DNA of 64,000 nt from Heterodontus francisci (taxonomy: Eukaryota): positions 124,001 through 188,000 of the forward strand of contig NW_027140807.1 of the NCBI RefSeq assembly GCF_036365525.1, written 5' to 3'. Positions 36,601 through 51,230 of this stretch are shown here, one piece after another; position 1 is the stretch's first letter; each line of letters begins with the position of its first letter. The position numbers were made by a program, and so were the translations under genes. Below the pieces are notes generated by a model, which worked only from the letters and a program-made list of their open reading frames with translations, had not been told where the DNA came from and searched no databases.

Positions 36601-37568
36601 CCTGCAGACTGAAGGCTGAATCTGTTCATGAACCAATATCAGGCGGCTGAAGATAAAGCAGAGAGCGGAAATGACAGCACTGGAAGCAGGGTTTCCTTCT
36701 GACCCCTCACTTCTGGGTATGACAGAATAATAACACCCACTGGTCGGAAGGAGCTTGAATAAGGAAATGCTTCCCGTCTGTATCTGGCTCTCGTTGCTTG
36801 TGTCTGATTGGTGTTGTATTGGGTAGCTCTTTCGAAAAACCGGGCCAGGCTCAATGGGCTGAATGGCCTCGGCTCTGCTGTAGGATTCTATAAATATATA
36901 AGACACATCAAGTTGCTTGTTTGTATTAGGCAGATCAAAATTTATTTCCCCTGGGCTAAACGACAATTCAAGGGTTATGTTTTACATTGGGGTGAAATCT
37001 TAGATACTTTGAAAAGCGACAGTGTCATGAAGAAGTGGGTTAACTGTTTTGAACAGATGCTCAAACCGCCGTCAGGAGGCAGGTGTTCCAGTGAGAGACC
37101 TATCTGGGGAGGTGTCTCACTTTTGTTTTGTGTGAGTCATTGGGGACATGTACAACAGGGAGCTATGTGTAACTCTTGTCAAATACCACCGACAGCTCAT
37201 TCAACAGGACCATGAACCCATTTACCCCACCTCGGAATCTGTTCTTTACAGGTAGAGGCTGCCTTAACGAGAAGGACCTGAGCACATTGCTGCAGCATTT
37301 TTAATAATTCATAATGTATTGATGTACTCTGAGTCGAAGGAGAGCAAGAATATGACACTATCAGTAAAATACAAATCATGATAGATCAATAATTAAACTG
37401 GTATGGTGTAAATAATGGTGTTAGATAGATGATAAACGTCAGATATATGGTGGATGCATATTTAGAGAGGTGAGAGACAGAGAGATAAATCGATGGCAAA
37501 TATATATATATGATCAAGATAAATAGATAGATAAATGGTGCAATATAACCAAAGCTGGACAGAGAGAC

Positions 37569-37644
<76 letters not shown>

Positions 37645-37761
37645 GGATGGATGCAGAGACGCACAAAGAGACACAGAAACTCGCAGATAGTCAGAGAGAC
37701 AGAAAGACACTGAGATAGACAGACAGGTTTATCTCCCACAAGTGCTTTCCTCCCCCTTTAG

Positions 37762-37800
37762 AGTTTTTGCTGAACTCCGGCGCCTTTCTGAGTCACTGTG
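37762..37800 (-). other. 23-RSS of V6
   Basis: CACAGTG-23-GCAAAAACT. Confidence 0.95.
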
Positions 37801-38424
37801 CAGTCTCCAGGCACAGTAATACACGGCTGATTGATTCGCCCACAGGCTGGAGGACTCCAGGTAAAAATGGGTGTTGTCGGGTCTCCTGGCGGTGAAACCG
37901 TCCACCTCACCAGAGGGAATGACCGTTCCAGCGAGGTTGGAATAGAAAAGGTTCTCGGGATCACGGTCCGGATGCCACCGGTACCAGTAGAAATAGGAGC
38001 CAACATCTGCCTTTGTGTAAACGCACTGGATACTGACTGGAGAGCCTGGGGAATGGGATATGGAAGCGGGAGTCTGTTGGATCAACACGGCCCCCACATC
38101 TGTAAAACAGAGAGAGAGAGAAAGAGATTTACCCAGGGACATTGTCTCTATCGTTACAAACAAGAAGAGGTAGAAGTGGGAAGAGAGAGAGAGAGAGAGA
38201 GAGCGCTGGGGACCAGTTAGAGGCAGAGAGGCAGAGATAAAGGCAAAGAGAGAGAGAGAGAGAGAATGAGAGACAGAGAAAGAAATATAGAGGGAGAAGG
38301 AGAGAGACAAAGACAGACAGAGACTGAGAAGCAGAGACACATGTACATCATTGTAACCTCACAGTTCAGACACCTCCTTACCCGTTAACACCAACAACAC
38401 AACCCAGAGCTGAGAGACAGCCAT
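37801..38424 (-). CDS. TRBV: TCR beta V gene V6 (WYRW/CAW subgroup); leader 38424-38382, V exon 38099-37801; functional
   Basis: Leader MAVSQLWVVLLVLT|gtaagg; LIQQTP..IQC..WYRWH..SAVYYCAWRL. Confidence 0.92.
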
Positions 38425-39699
38425 CTCTGGAGGGTAAAGGATCCGTGTGGTTTTATATGAAGTGACTGAGCACTTTTATTGTAGAGTATCTCAAAGTTCT
38501 GGGCACTGACTGAAATTCACAGCTTCCCTCTCCATCACTTTATCATACAGATAGGCGGGACCCAGTTTTCTTTCATTTCCGGGGAGGGACCAATGTTAGA
38601 CTCCTGGTAATCGCTTTCTGGAACTGCAATTCTGTTTCATTGACATCTGCAGCCCGATCATTCGGAGCCCTGTCCAAATATGTGCACACAGTACTCCAGG
38701 TGTGTTCTCACCAAGACCCAATACAAGTGTAATACGACTTCCTTATTCTTGTACTCCCATCCCCCATGAAACAAAGACCAACATGCCTGTAATTCAACAG
38801 AAGCACTTCATTGGCTGCAGAACTCCTTTGGGAAGTTCCAGATCGGCTTTCCAACTTTCTCCCCTCTTTCAGATACTGACGTTGACTATATAGAATTGCA
38901 GACAATATAGAACACAGCATCAGGTGAACGGATCTATACAGGTGCTAATGTTCCACAGATACATCCTTTCATCCCTCTTTATCTCAACCTCTCAGCATCT
39001 CCTGTCAGTCCTTTCTGCCTCGTATGTCTACTGGTTTCCCACTGAATACTATTTACCTCCACCACTGCCTGTGGTGGTGAGTTCCCCATTCTCACCAATC
39101 TCTGGGGAATGAAGTTTGTCCTGAATTCACGTTTGGATTTTTAGTGAGTATCTTATGCCTTATAATTCTGGTCTTTAGCCTCAAGTGAAAATATCTTGTC
39201 TACGTCTATCCTATCAAACCTATTAATAATATTAAAGACTTTTTATCTGGGCACCCCTCATTTCTAGAGAAGAACCCCAGCCTGTTCGATCTTTACTGCT
39301 ATGTATAATTATACCGTGATCTAAATGTGGCCTAACCAATGTATATAGACGCCAGAACTGTGCATAGTGCTCCAGTTGTGATCTAACCAATGTATAATGA
39401 GAGCGGAACAGTGCACAGTTCTCCAAATGAAGTCGAACCAAGGTATGAGGAGACCTGAAATGTTCACAGTGCACCCAGTGTGTTTTAACCAAGGAGGTTG
39501 GAGGCCAAACATGTGCAAATTCCAATTTTGGAACCCAGGTACATGAAGATAAAACTGTGGATGAGGCCCTGCTCTCTGAGTTCTTGGAAAAATTACGTGA
39601 GTTTGAGGTCAGTCTGTGTGTGGTTCTTTGTCTAGACAGTGGATAGCTCTGAACTGCTTTGTCCCATCAGTCACTTTACATAAATACACCTCCACATTG

Positions 39700-40310
39700 A
39701 CCTTACCTTGGAGATCCTACAGTAGACACCTCAAGGCACAGGAGAAGTAACACCAGAGATGCCTCCGCATTAACCTCCAAATCCAGTGGCAAGACAGGTA
39801 GTCCAACAGCATCGTCCTCTCCCAAACCAACCTGTCTAGTGTCAGGGCGCGAATCACCCAAAACCAGCTCCACTGGCTGGGACATGACATTCACATTCCT
39901 GCCACCAGACTCCCCAAAGCAGCAGTTCTACTCAGAACTTAGCCGTGTCAGGAGACTCCCAGGAGGACAGCGGAAACGCTTTAGAGATGTCCTCACAGGA
40001 TCCCTGGAGAGATGAAACATCCGCGTCGACTCCTTGGAGACCCTGGCTCCTGAACATCCCAGTTGGAGAAATTACATACGGGAAGGCATTGGACTCCTCG
40101 AGGAACTTAAGGAACATGCAGAGGTAAGGCCGAGGCATCGGAGGGAGCGCACAAACCTGCAAACTACTCACCTGCCTGATCCTCAAAGCACCACCTGCCC
40201 CTCATGTGACAGAGTCTGCAGATCATACACTGAACTCATCAGCCATCTCAGAACCCATTGAACCGGAGTGGAAGCAAGTCATCCTCAACTCCGGGGAACT
40301 GCCTAAGAAG
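39700..40310 (+). mobile_element. Degraded RTE LINE 3' fragment; duplicate at about 44282-44895
   Basis: Ends in TCPSCDRVCRSYTELISHLRTH (RTE-type zinc finger); many frameshifts. Confidence 0.75.
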
Positions 40311-42362
40311 GTGAACTCTCTCCAGCTTCCGTGTTAATTTATTATTTTGCACCATTCTGCAAAAGCAAACCCGCTGTTAAAACCTCAACATACTGAGTTT
40401 CACCTCCTCAAAGAACAGACCTGATTAATACAGCACCTCCACCAGCGGTGTGAGGATATCACAACATGTCATTGTGAAGCCTTCTGTTCTGAAAACTGTC
40501 CCTCACTTGATCACATGAAGTGAGCACCAGATCTCCCGTTTTCCACCAGGAAACAGGGAACATGGGGGGCAAATGTTACTTTACACTTGGCACGATACAT
40601 GTGGGAGTTGTGCTAAAGTCAGGATGGACATTCAGGCTCTCTCCTAGTTTCCTACAAACACCTGGGACTATGTAATTGTAAAATAGAAACTGGAAATCTA
40701 CAAACTGGCATCTGACTGCAACTATTTCAAGGTTGGACTGATATTAATGTCACTTAATGACCCCAAAAGGATCAGATTTAAAGATCATCTACCTGATATC
40801 AAATCATTGATTTGTTTGACATTGCCAGAATATTTTGTGTGAAATAGTTGAGAAGTGAAACATTTCAGAAGCAGCCAAGTTGACCTGTTGAGCTGCTGTG
40901 GGTAAAGCTCACTCTGTCTGAGCATGTTCTGGGCAGCGGCGACACTAGAGTAACACTGGCACCTAGTGGCTTCACGTGCAACTGCAAGCACCGATTCTGC
41001 AGGCGTTTCAGTCTCAGACTCTAAAATTGTATCAGTCATTGGCTTTGTCATCCTACTCGACTCCCGTTTGCGCTTGTGGCATAGAACCAGATGGAAGTTA
41101 ATGCACTCTTCCGCGCCATTCGGCCAGACAGCTCTCTGCTTCACTCAAGCTGCAACCAGTCAAATACATTTTGAAGTGCAGTCACTGTTGTACTGTCGGG
41201 AAGGAGGCAGACAAGCTGCAAGATCAAGTGCAGGGATATTCAGAAAGAACAGGGAGTGGGAGTAATTGGACAGGGAAGATGAAAACGAGGGATCATAAAT
41301 GTAAGGTTGTCCTTAATAAATCCAATTGGGAATTCAGGAGGAGGTTCTTTAATCCAGGGAGCGGTGAGAATGTGGAATTACAGACCAAATGGAATGGATT
41401 GAGGTCGAATGGAGACGATGCAGTTAAAGGGGAGCTGAATAAATACATGAGTGAGAAAGGAATAGGAGAATCTGTTGATAGGGTAAGATGAAGAGAGATG
41501 GGAGGAGGTCGCTCTTTCGAACAGCCAGGCCTGGATCGATGGGCTGAATGGCCTGGATTTGTCCTGCATGACATGATGACCCAATAAGACCCGTCAGCCT
41601 GCTGCCTTGTTTCAGATCCAAGACAGTTTCATTCCCCACCCACCCCCGCCCACTTGTGCTAAACGGGAGCTAAAGGGTTAAGTTCTTCACCGCACTGAAC
41701 TCCAGTCATTGTGAAAATTCTTCAAAAGACACCGAGAGACTGAGAGACAAGTGGGTTAACAGTTTTGAACAGATGCTGAAGCCGCCGTCTGGAGGCAGGT
41801 GTTCCAGTCAGAGACGGATCTGGAGAGGTGTTTCGACTTTGCACTGTATGAATCATCAGAGACATGATTAAAGGTTCCAAGATCAACCATTTCCTATTTG
41901 TATGGACTTGTGTCCATTAGAGTAATGAGGATAAGGGGAGATTTTCAAGATGTGGTCAGAAGTGTCTTGATAGAGAAACTGTATCCAGAGGGTAGTATCT
42001 ACTGTCAGGAGGGTCGATAAACCAGGGACCAAGAATTGAAGGTAATTAGGAAAGGAACCAGATTGGGAGATGAGTGGAATCTTTCTCCTCAGTGAATTGT
42101 TATCATGTGGAGGGCACTGACTGAAAGGGCGGTGGAAGACCATCCAATAGTAACTTCCAGATGTCAATTGGAGAAGTAGATGAAGGGGAGATTTATTAGT
42201 GCAATGGAGAACTAGTCAGTGAATGGAAACTAGTTAGACAACTCTGTCAAAGAGCCAGTTCATTCAACAGTAGACATAAAAACTGACAGATAGACAGAGT
42301 GATAGAATGACAGCCCAGATAGACAGGTCTATCTCCCACAAGTGAGCTCTGTCAGTGTTTAG

Positions 42363-42401
42363 AGTTTTTGCTGAACTCCGGCGCCTTTCTGAGTCACTGT
42401 G
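42363..42401 (-). other. 23-RSS of V7
   Basis: CACAGTG-23-GCAAAAACT. Confidence 0.95.
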
Positions 42402-43032
42402 CTGACTCCAGGCACAGTAATACACGGCTGATTGATTCACCAACAGGCTGGAGGACTCCAGGTAAAAATGGGTGTTGTCGGGTCTGCTGGCAGTGAAACC
42501 GTCCACCTCACCGGAAGGGTTGACCGTTCCAGCAGCGTAAGAATAGAAAAGGTTCTCGGGCTCACGGTCCAGATGCCATCGGTACCAGTAGAAAACAGAG
42601 CTAGCTGTTGCTTCAGTGTAAATACACTCGATCCTGACTAGAGTGCCTGGGGAATGAGATATGGAAGTGGGAGTCTGTTGGATCGACACGGCCCCCACAT
42701 CTGTAAAACAGAGAGGGAGAGAGAGAGAGAAAGAGAGAGATTAACCCAGGGACAATGTCGATATTGTTATCAACAAGAAGAGGTAGAAGTGGCAGACAGA
42801 GAGAGTGAGAGCGGTGGGGACCAGTTAGAGGCAGAGAGGCTGAGATGAAGGCAAAGAGAGAGAGAGAGAGAGAATGAGAGACAGAGAAAGAAATATAGAG
42901 GGAGAAGGAGTGAAACAAAGACAGACAGAGACTGAGAATCAGAGACACATGTACATCATTGTAACCTCACAGTTCAGACACCTCCTTACCCGTTAACACC
43001 AACAACACAACCCAGAGCTGAGACACAGACAT
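42402..43032 (-). CDS. TRBV: TCR beta V gene V7 (WYRW/CAW subgroup); leader 43032-42990, V exon 42700-42402; functional
   Basis: Leader MSVSQLWVVLLVLT; ..RIEC..WYRWH..YYCAWSQ. Confidence 0.92.
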
Positions 43033-46000
43033 CTCTGGAGGGTGAAGGATCCGTGTGGTTTTATATGAAATGACTGAGCACTTTTATTGTCGAATATCTC
43101 AAAGTTCTGGGCACTGACTGAAATTCACAGCTTCCCTCTCCATCACTTTATCATTCGGATAGGCGGGACCCAGTTTTCTTTCATTTCCGGGGAGGGACCA
43201 ATGTTAGACGCCTGTTAATCGCTTTCTGGAACTGCAGTTCTGTTTCATTGACATGTGCAGCCCGATCATTCGGAGCCCTGTCCAAATATGTGCACACTGT
43301 ATTCCAGGTGTGTTCTCACCAAGACCCAATACAAGTGTAATACGACTTCCTTATTCTTGTACTCCCATCCCCCTTGCAACAAAGACCAACATGCCTGTAA
43401 TTCAACAGAAGCACTTCTTTGGCTGCAGAACTCCTTTGGGAAGTTCCAGATCGGCTTTCCAACATTCTCCCCTCTTTCAGATACTGACGTTGACTATATA
43501 GAATTGCAGACAATATAGAACACAGCATCAGGTGAACGGATCTATACAGGTGTTGATGTTCCACAGGTACATCCTTTCATCCCTCTTTATCTCAACCTCT
43601 CAGCATCTCCTGTCAATCCTTTCTGCCTCGTATGTCTACTGGTTTCCCACTGAATACTATTTGCCTCTACCACTGCCTATGGTGGTTAGTTCCCCATTCT
43701 CACCAATCTCTGGGAAATGAGGTTTGTCCTGAATTTGGATTTTTCGTGACTATTTTATAGCTTATAATTTTGGTCTTGGGCCTCAAGTGAAAATATCTTC
43801 TCTACATCTATCCTATCAAACCTATGAATAATATTAAAGACTTCTTATCTGGGCACCCCTCATTTCTGGAGAAGGACCCCAGCCTGTTCGATCCTTACTG
43901 TTATGTATAATTATACCGTGATCTAAATGTGGTCAGAACTGTGCACAGTGCTCCAGTCTTCGTCCAACCAAAGTATAATGAGACCAGAACTGTGCACGGT
44001 TCTCCAAATGAAGTCTAACCAAGGTATGAGGAGACCTGAAATGTTCACAGTGCACCCAGTGTGTTTTAACCAAGGAGGTTGGATACCAAAAAATATGTAC
44101 AGTCCAAGTGTGGAACCCAGGTACATGAGGATAAAACTATGGATCAGGCCCTGCTCTTTGACTCCTTGGTAAAATTACATGAGTTTGAGGTCAGTCTGTG
44201 TGTGATTCTTTGTCCAGACAGTGGATAACTCTGAACTGCTTTGTCCCATCAGTCACTGCTCACAAATACACCTCCACACTGACCTTACCTTGGAGAACCG
44301 ACAGTAGACACCTCGAAGCACAGGAGAAGTAGCACCAGAGGTGCCTCCGCATTATCCACCAAATCCAGTGGCAAGACAGATAGTCCAACAGCATCGTCCT
44401 CTCCCAAACCAACCTGTCTAGTGTCAGGGCGCGAAACACCCCACACCAGCTCCACTGGCTGGGACATGTCATTCACATTCCTGCCACCAGACTCCTCATA
44501 GCAACTGATCTACTCAGAACTTGGTCGTGGCAGGAGACTCCCAGGAGGACAGCGGGAATGCTTCAGAGATGTCCTCACAACATCCCTGGAGAGATGAAAC
44601 ATCCACGTCGACTCCTTGGAGACCCTGGCTCCTGACCAAGCCCAGATGGAGAAAGGACAAACGGGAAGGCATTGGACACCTCGAGGAACTTAAGGAACAT
44701 GCAGAGGTAAGGCCGAGGCATCGTAGGGAGCGCACAAACCTGCAAACTAATCACCTACCTGATCCTACAAGCACCACCTGCCCCTCATGTGCCAGAGTCT
44801 GCAGATCATACACTGGACTCATCAGCCATCTCAGAACCCATTGAACCGGAGTGGAAGCAAGTCATCCTCAACCCCGGGGAACTGCCTAAGAAGGTGAACT
44901 CTCTCCAGCTTCTGTGTTAATTTAATGTTTTGCAATGTTCTGCAAAAGCAAATCCGCTCTTAAAACCTCAACATACTGAGTTTCACCTCCTCAATGAACA
45001 GACCTGATTAATACAGCCCTTCCACCGGCAGGGTGAGGATATCACAACATGTCAGTGTGAAGCCTTCTGTTCTGAAAACTGTCTCTCACTTGATCACATG
45101 AAGTGAGCACCAGATCTCCCGTTATTCAACCTGGAAACAGGGAGCATGGGGGGAAAATGTTACTTTACACTTGGCACGATAGATGTGGGAGTTGTGCGAA
45201 AGTCAGGATGGACATTCAGCCTCTCTCCTAGTTTCCTACAAACACCTGGGACAGTGCAATTGTAAAATAGAACCTGGAAATCTACAAACTGGCATCTGGG
45301 TGCAAATATTTCAAGGTTGCACTGACATAATTGATACTTAATGACCCGTAAACGATCAGATTAAAAACTCATCTACCTCATCTTCCATTGCCGGAATATT
45401 TTGTGTGAAATAGTTGAGAAGTGAAACATTTCAGAAGCAGCCAAGTTGACCTGTGGAGCTGCTGTGGGTAAAGCTCACTCTGTCTGAGCATGTTCTCGGC
45501 AGCGGCGACAGTGGAGTAACACTGGCACCTAGTGGCTCCAGGTGTAACTGCAAGCACCGATTCATCAGGCGTTTCAGTGTCAGACCCTGAACCTGTTTCA
45601 GTCATTAGTTATAATCTTCTACTCGACTCGTGTTGGCGCTTGTGGCACAGAAGTCGATGGAAGCTAATGCACAGATCCGCGCCATTCGGCCCCACAGCTC
45701 TCTGCTTCACTCCAGCCTCAACCAGTCAAATGTATTTTGAAATGCAGTAACTGTTGTAATGGTAGGAAGGAGACAGACAAGCTGCAAGATCAAGTGCAGG
45801 GTTAATCAGAAAGAACAGGGAGTGGCAGTAATTGGACAGGGAAGATGAAAACCAGGGATCATAAATGTAAGGTAGTCCTTAATAAATCCAATTGGGAATT
45901 CAGGAGGAGGTTCTTTAATCCAGGGAGCGGTGAGAATGTGGAATTAGCGACCAATGGAATGGGTTGAGGTCGAATAGAGACGATGCAGTTTAGTGGGGAG

Positions 46001-46916
46001 CTGAATAAATACATGAGTGAGAAAGTAATTGAAGAATCTGTTGATAGGGTAAGATGAAGAGAGATGGGAGGAGGTCGCTCTTTCGGACAGCGAGGCCAGT
46101 ATCGATGGACTGAATACCCTGGATGTGTCCTGCATGATTCTATGATCCAATAAGAGCCGTCAACTTGCTGCCTTGTTTCAGGGTCAAGACAGTTTCATTT
46201 CCCCCCCTTGTGCTAAACGGGAGTTAAAGGGCTAAGTTCTTCACCACACTGAACTGCAGTCAATGTGAAAATTCTTCAAAAGACCCCGAGAGACTGAGAG
46301 ACAAATGGGTTAACAGTTTTGAACAGATGCTGAAGCCGCCGTCTGGAGGCAGGTGTTCCAGTCAGAGACGAATCTGGAGAGGTGTTTCGACTTTGCACTG
46401 TATGAATCATCAGAGACATGATTAAAGGTTCCAAGATCAACCATTTCCTATTTGTATGGACTTGTGTCCATTAGAGTAATGAGGGTAAGGGGAGATTTTC
46501 AAGATGTGGTTAGAAGTGTCTTGATAGAGAAACTGTATCCAGAGGGTCGTATCTACTGTCAGGAGGGTCGATAAACCAGGGACCAAGAATTGAAGGTAAT
46601 TGGGAAAGGAACCAGAGTGGGAGATGAGTGGAATCTTTCTCCTCAGTGAATTGTTATCATGTGGAGGGCACTGACTGAAAGGGCGGTGGAAGACCATCCA
46701 ATAGTAACTTCCAGATGTCAATTGGAGAAGCAGATGTTGGGGAGATTTATTAGTGCAATGGAGAACTAGTCAGTGAATGGGAACGAGTTAGAAAACTCTT
46801 TCAAAGAGCCAGTTCATTCAACAGCAGACATAGAAACTGACAGATAGTCAGAGTGATAGAATGACATCCCAGATAGACAGGTCTATCTCCCACAAGTGAG
46901 CTCTGTCAATGTTTAG

Positions 46917-46955
46917 AGTTTTTGCTGAACTCCGGCGCCTTTCTGAGTCACTGTG
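46917..46955 (-). other. 23-RSS of V8
   Basis: CACAGTG-23-GCAAAAACT. Confidence 0.95.
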
Positions 46956-47395
46956 CTGTCTCCAGGCACAGTAATACACGGCTGATTGATTCACCCACAG
47001 GCTGGAGGACTCAAGGTAAAAATGGCTGTTGTTGGGTCTCCTGGCAGTGAAACCGTCCACCTCTCCGGAGGGGGTGATCGTTCCGGCGGGGTAGGAATAG
47101 AAATGGTTCTCGGACTCACGGTCCAGATGCCATCGGTACCAGTTGAAAACAGAGCTAGCTGTTGCTTCAGTGTAAATACACTCGATCCTGACTGGAGAGC
47201 CTGGGGAATGGGATATGGAAGCGGGAGTCTGTTGGATCAACACGGCCCCCACATCTGTAAAACAGAGAGGGAGAGAGAGAGAGAAAGAGAGAGAATAACC
47301 CAGGGACAATGTCTATATCGTTATCAAAAAGAAGAGGTAGAAGTGGGCAGACAGACAGAGAGAGAGAGCGGTGGGGACCAGTTAGAGGCAGAGAC

Positions 47396-47433
<38 letters not shown>

Positions 47434-47587
47434 AGACAGAGAAAGAAATACAGAGGGAGAAGGAGAGAGAAAAAGAAAGACAGAGACTGATAAGCAGAGA
47501 CACATGTACATCATTGTAACCTCACATTTCAGACGCCTCCTTACCCGTTAACACCAACAACACAACCCAGAGCTGAGACACAGCCAT
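46956..47587 (-). CDS. TRBV: TCR beta V gene V8 (WYRW/CAW subgroup); leader 47587-47545, V exon 47254-46956; functional
   Basis: Leader MAVSQLWVVLLVLT; ..RIEC..WYRWH..YYCAWRQ. Confidence 0.92.
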
Positions 47588-49790
47588 CTCCGGAGGGTGA
47601 AGGATCCGTGTGGTTTTAAATGAAATGACTGAGCACTTTTATTGCAGAGTATCTCAAAGTTTTGGGCACTGACTGGAATTTACAGCTTCCGTCTCCATCA
47701 TCTTCAACATTTCCCTAGGCGAAGCCAAGCTTTCTTTCTTTGTTCATGGTCTCCCGAGGACTCGTCATTTCTGGGGAGGGACCAATGTTTGACCCTTAGC
47801 TCATCGGTTTCTGGGCCTGCAGTTCTGTTTTATGTCTTTGAAAGTTGCAGAAAGGAAGGGAGTAAATGTGATGTAAACTATCTTCTGTGGTGGAGAGGTG
47901 ATTAAATGGGCGGGTGTGTTGGGATCATCAATACCTTCAGTACTCCCCTGATCATAACCACATTCATCCTGACACCATCCTCACTCTCATCATTACCATC
48001 TGAGGACACATTATCACCCTCGTCCCGACCGCCAGTATCTGTGTCAGCCTCACCCTCAGCAGCCTCATCACCATAAAGAGATGTTCACTCCACCATCATT
48101 ATCAAGCTTGCTCACTTCCAATTGTATCCGAATGTATTCAGTCATGGGATGTGTGCATTGCTGGGAGGGTCATTTCATAAAAGCTGAGATGTTACAAGAG
48201 TAAATGTTCACTATTTTTCTTAAATATCCATCAGGACTCGGTAACAATGGAAGTGTTAATGGTTAGACCAGGAGTGGGGGGGACAACTTAACTATTCCAT
48301 AGATGCACTTTACATGAAGTGTGAAGATCATGGATGAAATAGGAAAAATTCCAAAGTGTGTGGATTGGATAAGCAGTGGCGGGTTCCATCATCGCACCCC
48401 TAACCTTCTGGATTGGGCTCTGGGACTTTTGGTAAAGTTGTCTGTTCCAATGAACAGCTTCTCCCACATCTCCACAACGCTGAAATCCCTCACGCCCGGT
48501 CACCTCCTCTTAAATCTCCTTTGCAACCTCTCCATCCTTCCTACAATGTTATGTACAGAAGTGGACACGCTACACCAGTTGCGGGCAAACCAGACTTTTT
48601 ATAAATGGTTTAGCATCAATTTGTGGCGTTTGTGTTGCATTCAAAATTGTGTGCGTTAATTCTGCTTAATCAGAGAAAATAGTGTGAAATATGCATTTGT
48701 GTCCGACATTTTTGCTCGGTGGATTTGTTTTGACTTACCTGCAGTTTTTTGGCACTAAAGTGACAGCCTTTTCATTGTCTCCAGTCTGTGGAGTGGGTCC
48801 TTCTAACTCAGAGAGGAGAGTTCTATCCACTCAGGCAGCGCACGTTGAGTCTTGAGTACCTCACCTCCTGACTCCCCAAAGCCTGTCCACCATCTATAAG
48901 GTACAAGTCAGGAGTGTGTTGGAATACTCTCCACTCGATTGCAGCTCCAACAACACTGAAGAAGGTCGACACTATCCAGGACAAAACAGCCCGCTTGATT
49001 GGCACCCTATCCACACACATTCACTCCCTCCACCACCAACGCACTGTGGTAGCAGTGTGGACTATATACAAAATGCACTGCAGCAACTCTCAAAGGCTCC
49101 TTCGACAACACCTTCCCTACCCGCGACCTCTGCCACCTAGAAGGACAAGGACAGCAGATGCATGGGAACATCACCACCTGCAGGTTCCCCTTCAAGCCAC
49201 ATGCCATCCTGACTTGGAACTTCCTCGCCGTTCCTTCACTGTCTCTGGGTCAAACTCCTGGAACTCCCTTCCTAACAGGACTGTGGGTGGACCTACCCCA
49301 CATGGACTGCAGTGGTTCAAGAAGGCAGCTCGCCACCACCTTCTCAAGCGCAATTTGGGATGGATAGCCAATGTTGGACTGGTCAGCGATGCTCACATCT
49401 CAATAAAGAATGTTTTTTTTTAATGTAAATGAACAGAAGCTGCTTCTATAGGCAGAAGGCAACCAGGAGACATTGATTAAATGTAACTGGCAGATGAATT
49501 AGTGGGGGAAGGGGGGGAGTTGTGATGATTTATTTAAGCAGCGAGTTGTTATGATGTGGCTAGCACTGTCTGAAAGGGTGTTGGAAGCACTTTGAACAAG
49601 AACGTTCAAAAGGCAATGGATTGTACACGTGAATGGAATCAATGTGCACGGCTATGGGGAAGTAGCAGGGGGGAAGAGCATTAACTGGAAGTTCTTTCAA
49701 ATAAGCCAGTACGGGGAAGATGGGCCAAATGGTCTCCTTCTGTGCTGTTCTCCAAGATGATTCATTGATCTGGTTCCAGTAAATGAGAAG

Positions 49791-49925
49791 TCAGTCTACT
49801 GCCGCCCCCTGCCGGTGGAAGATGAGCACTGACATTCAATCTACTGCTGCCCCCTGCTGGTGAATGATGAGCACTGAGTTCCAATCCACTGCTGCCCCCT
49901 GCCGGTGGATGATGAGCACTGAACT
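49791..49925 (-). promoter_or_regulatory. 3 x 45-bp tandem repeat, each unit with a CTCF consensus
   Basis: Minus-strand cores CCGGCAGGGGGCAGC, CCAGCAGGGGGCAGC and CCGGCAGGGGGCGGC. Confidence 0.7.
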
Positions 49926-49942
49926 CCCGTTCATCTGCTGCA

Positions 49943-49981
49943 GGTTTTTGCAGCTGCGGATCCGCTTTCTCAAGCACTGTG
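49943..49981 (-). other. 23-RSS of V9
   Basis: CACAGTG-23-GCAAAAACC. Confidence 0.95.
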
Positions 49982-50651
49982 CGGTACTACAAGTGCAGAA
50001 ATAGACAGCGGTGAGAGATGGAGCGGCGTCTTTCAGTGCCAAAGTAAACAGTGTATTGCTGGCTCTGACTGCCTTAAATGACTCGGACGTGTAATTAGTG
50101 ACAGACCCTTCTGTAGCAGAATGGAACAGAGCTTCCAGTGCCCTGTCTGGTTGTTGTCTGTACCAGTACATATAGTAATATGCAGTATTGGTCAGCGTGC
50201 ATCTGAGTGTTGTCGACTCTCCTGCAGCAATCGATAGGATCGGGGGTGTCTGTTCCACATAGGAGGCGAGTATTCCTGTGGAATGGAACATCGATTAAAT
50301 TATTATTTCAGTCTATAATGGATTGGAGCAGGGGCTGCATTATCAGAAAGAGAGGGAATACATTAATATAGCGCCGTTCAGGACCTCAGGACCTCAGAAA
50401 GGGCTTTGCAACCAATGTAGTTACTCCCTCAGTACTGCCTCTGCGAAAGTGCAGCACTCCCTCAGTCCTGACACCTGGGTTGTCAGCCCTGACTTTGAGC
50501 TGAAGTGTTCTGGAGTGAGAGTCAGACACAGGAGTGTTCCAGAACAGAATCACCGCTGACATTACAATACATTATTGTGCACAGTTTCTGACTTTGACTT
50601 ACGTGGGAAGAATGCAGCCATCACGATTAGACAGAGAACTTCATGCAACAT
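49982..50651 (-). CDS. TRBV: TCR beta V gene V9 (CxCS subgroup); leader 50651-50603, V exon 50275-49982; functional
   Basis: Leader MLHEVLCLIVMAAFFP|gtaagt; YVEQTP..TLRC..MYWYRQ..AVYFCTCST. Confidence 0.9.
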
Positions 50652-50929
50652 GATTTCTTCATTCGATACTAACTCGATGTGTGAACGTGTGGAGTTTTCA
50701 ACAACACACTTGCAGTCGGTTTCTATATTGTGTTCAATTAAATACCCAGCATCCGGTTGTCATTGTGATTGGCAGTCACTTACTGCGACACTCTGCTCCA
50801 CCCCATTACATTACATAGCAATGTCGGAGAATGAGACAACACAAGGGGATAGGGGGAGATTGAATAGAGGTGTTCACATTTCAGAAAGGGATTTGATAGA
50901 GTACAATTCAGGGAAACAACCCTCTATAC

Positions 50930-51230
50930 CCAGAGAGTGTGCCCATCCCTTATTGCACCTGAGAAGGTGGTGGTGAACCATCTTCGGAAATACCTGCTGG
51001 GCCAGATCAGAGGGCAGTTAATAGTCAACCACATTGCTGTGGGTCTGCAGTCACATATAGGCCAGACCGGGTAGGAGTGGCGGATTTCCTTCCCTGAAGG
51101 TAATCAATGAAGACGTTGGGTTTTTAAGACACTCCATGTTCAGGATTACTCATACTTTCCATGACAAATTTTTATTTATTTAATTAATTGAATTTAAATT
51201 GCATTTCTGCCCCGGTGGGAATTGAACTCA
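50930..51230 (-). mobile_element. DeuSINE-like SINE (paralogous copies at about 60825-61170 and 63135-63500; plus-strand copy at about 59120-59320)
   Basis: Reverse complement of the core seen at 21820-21885. Confidence 0.65.

Larger units (their letters stand above)
37700..46860 (+). repeat. Tandem duplication of a roughly 4.6-kb V cassette (37.7-42.3 kb and 42.3-46.9 kb); a further copy pairs 45510-48215 with 51228-53915
   Basis: Paired near-identical ORFs (38708/43316, 39703/44285, 40966/45532/51252, 41883/46437/52156). Confidence 0.9.

Noticed and set aside
38451-38457. TATAAAA upstream of WYRW-subgroup leaders
   Set aside because: Only about 27 nt from the ATG, leaving almost no 5' UTR, and altered in V8; not called without TSS data.
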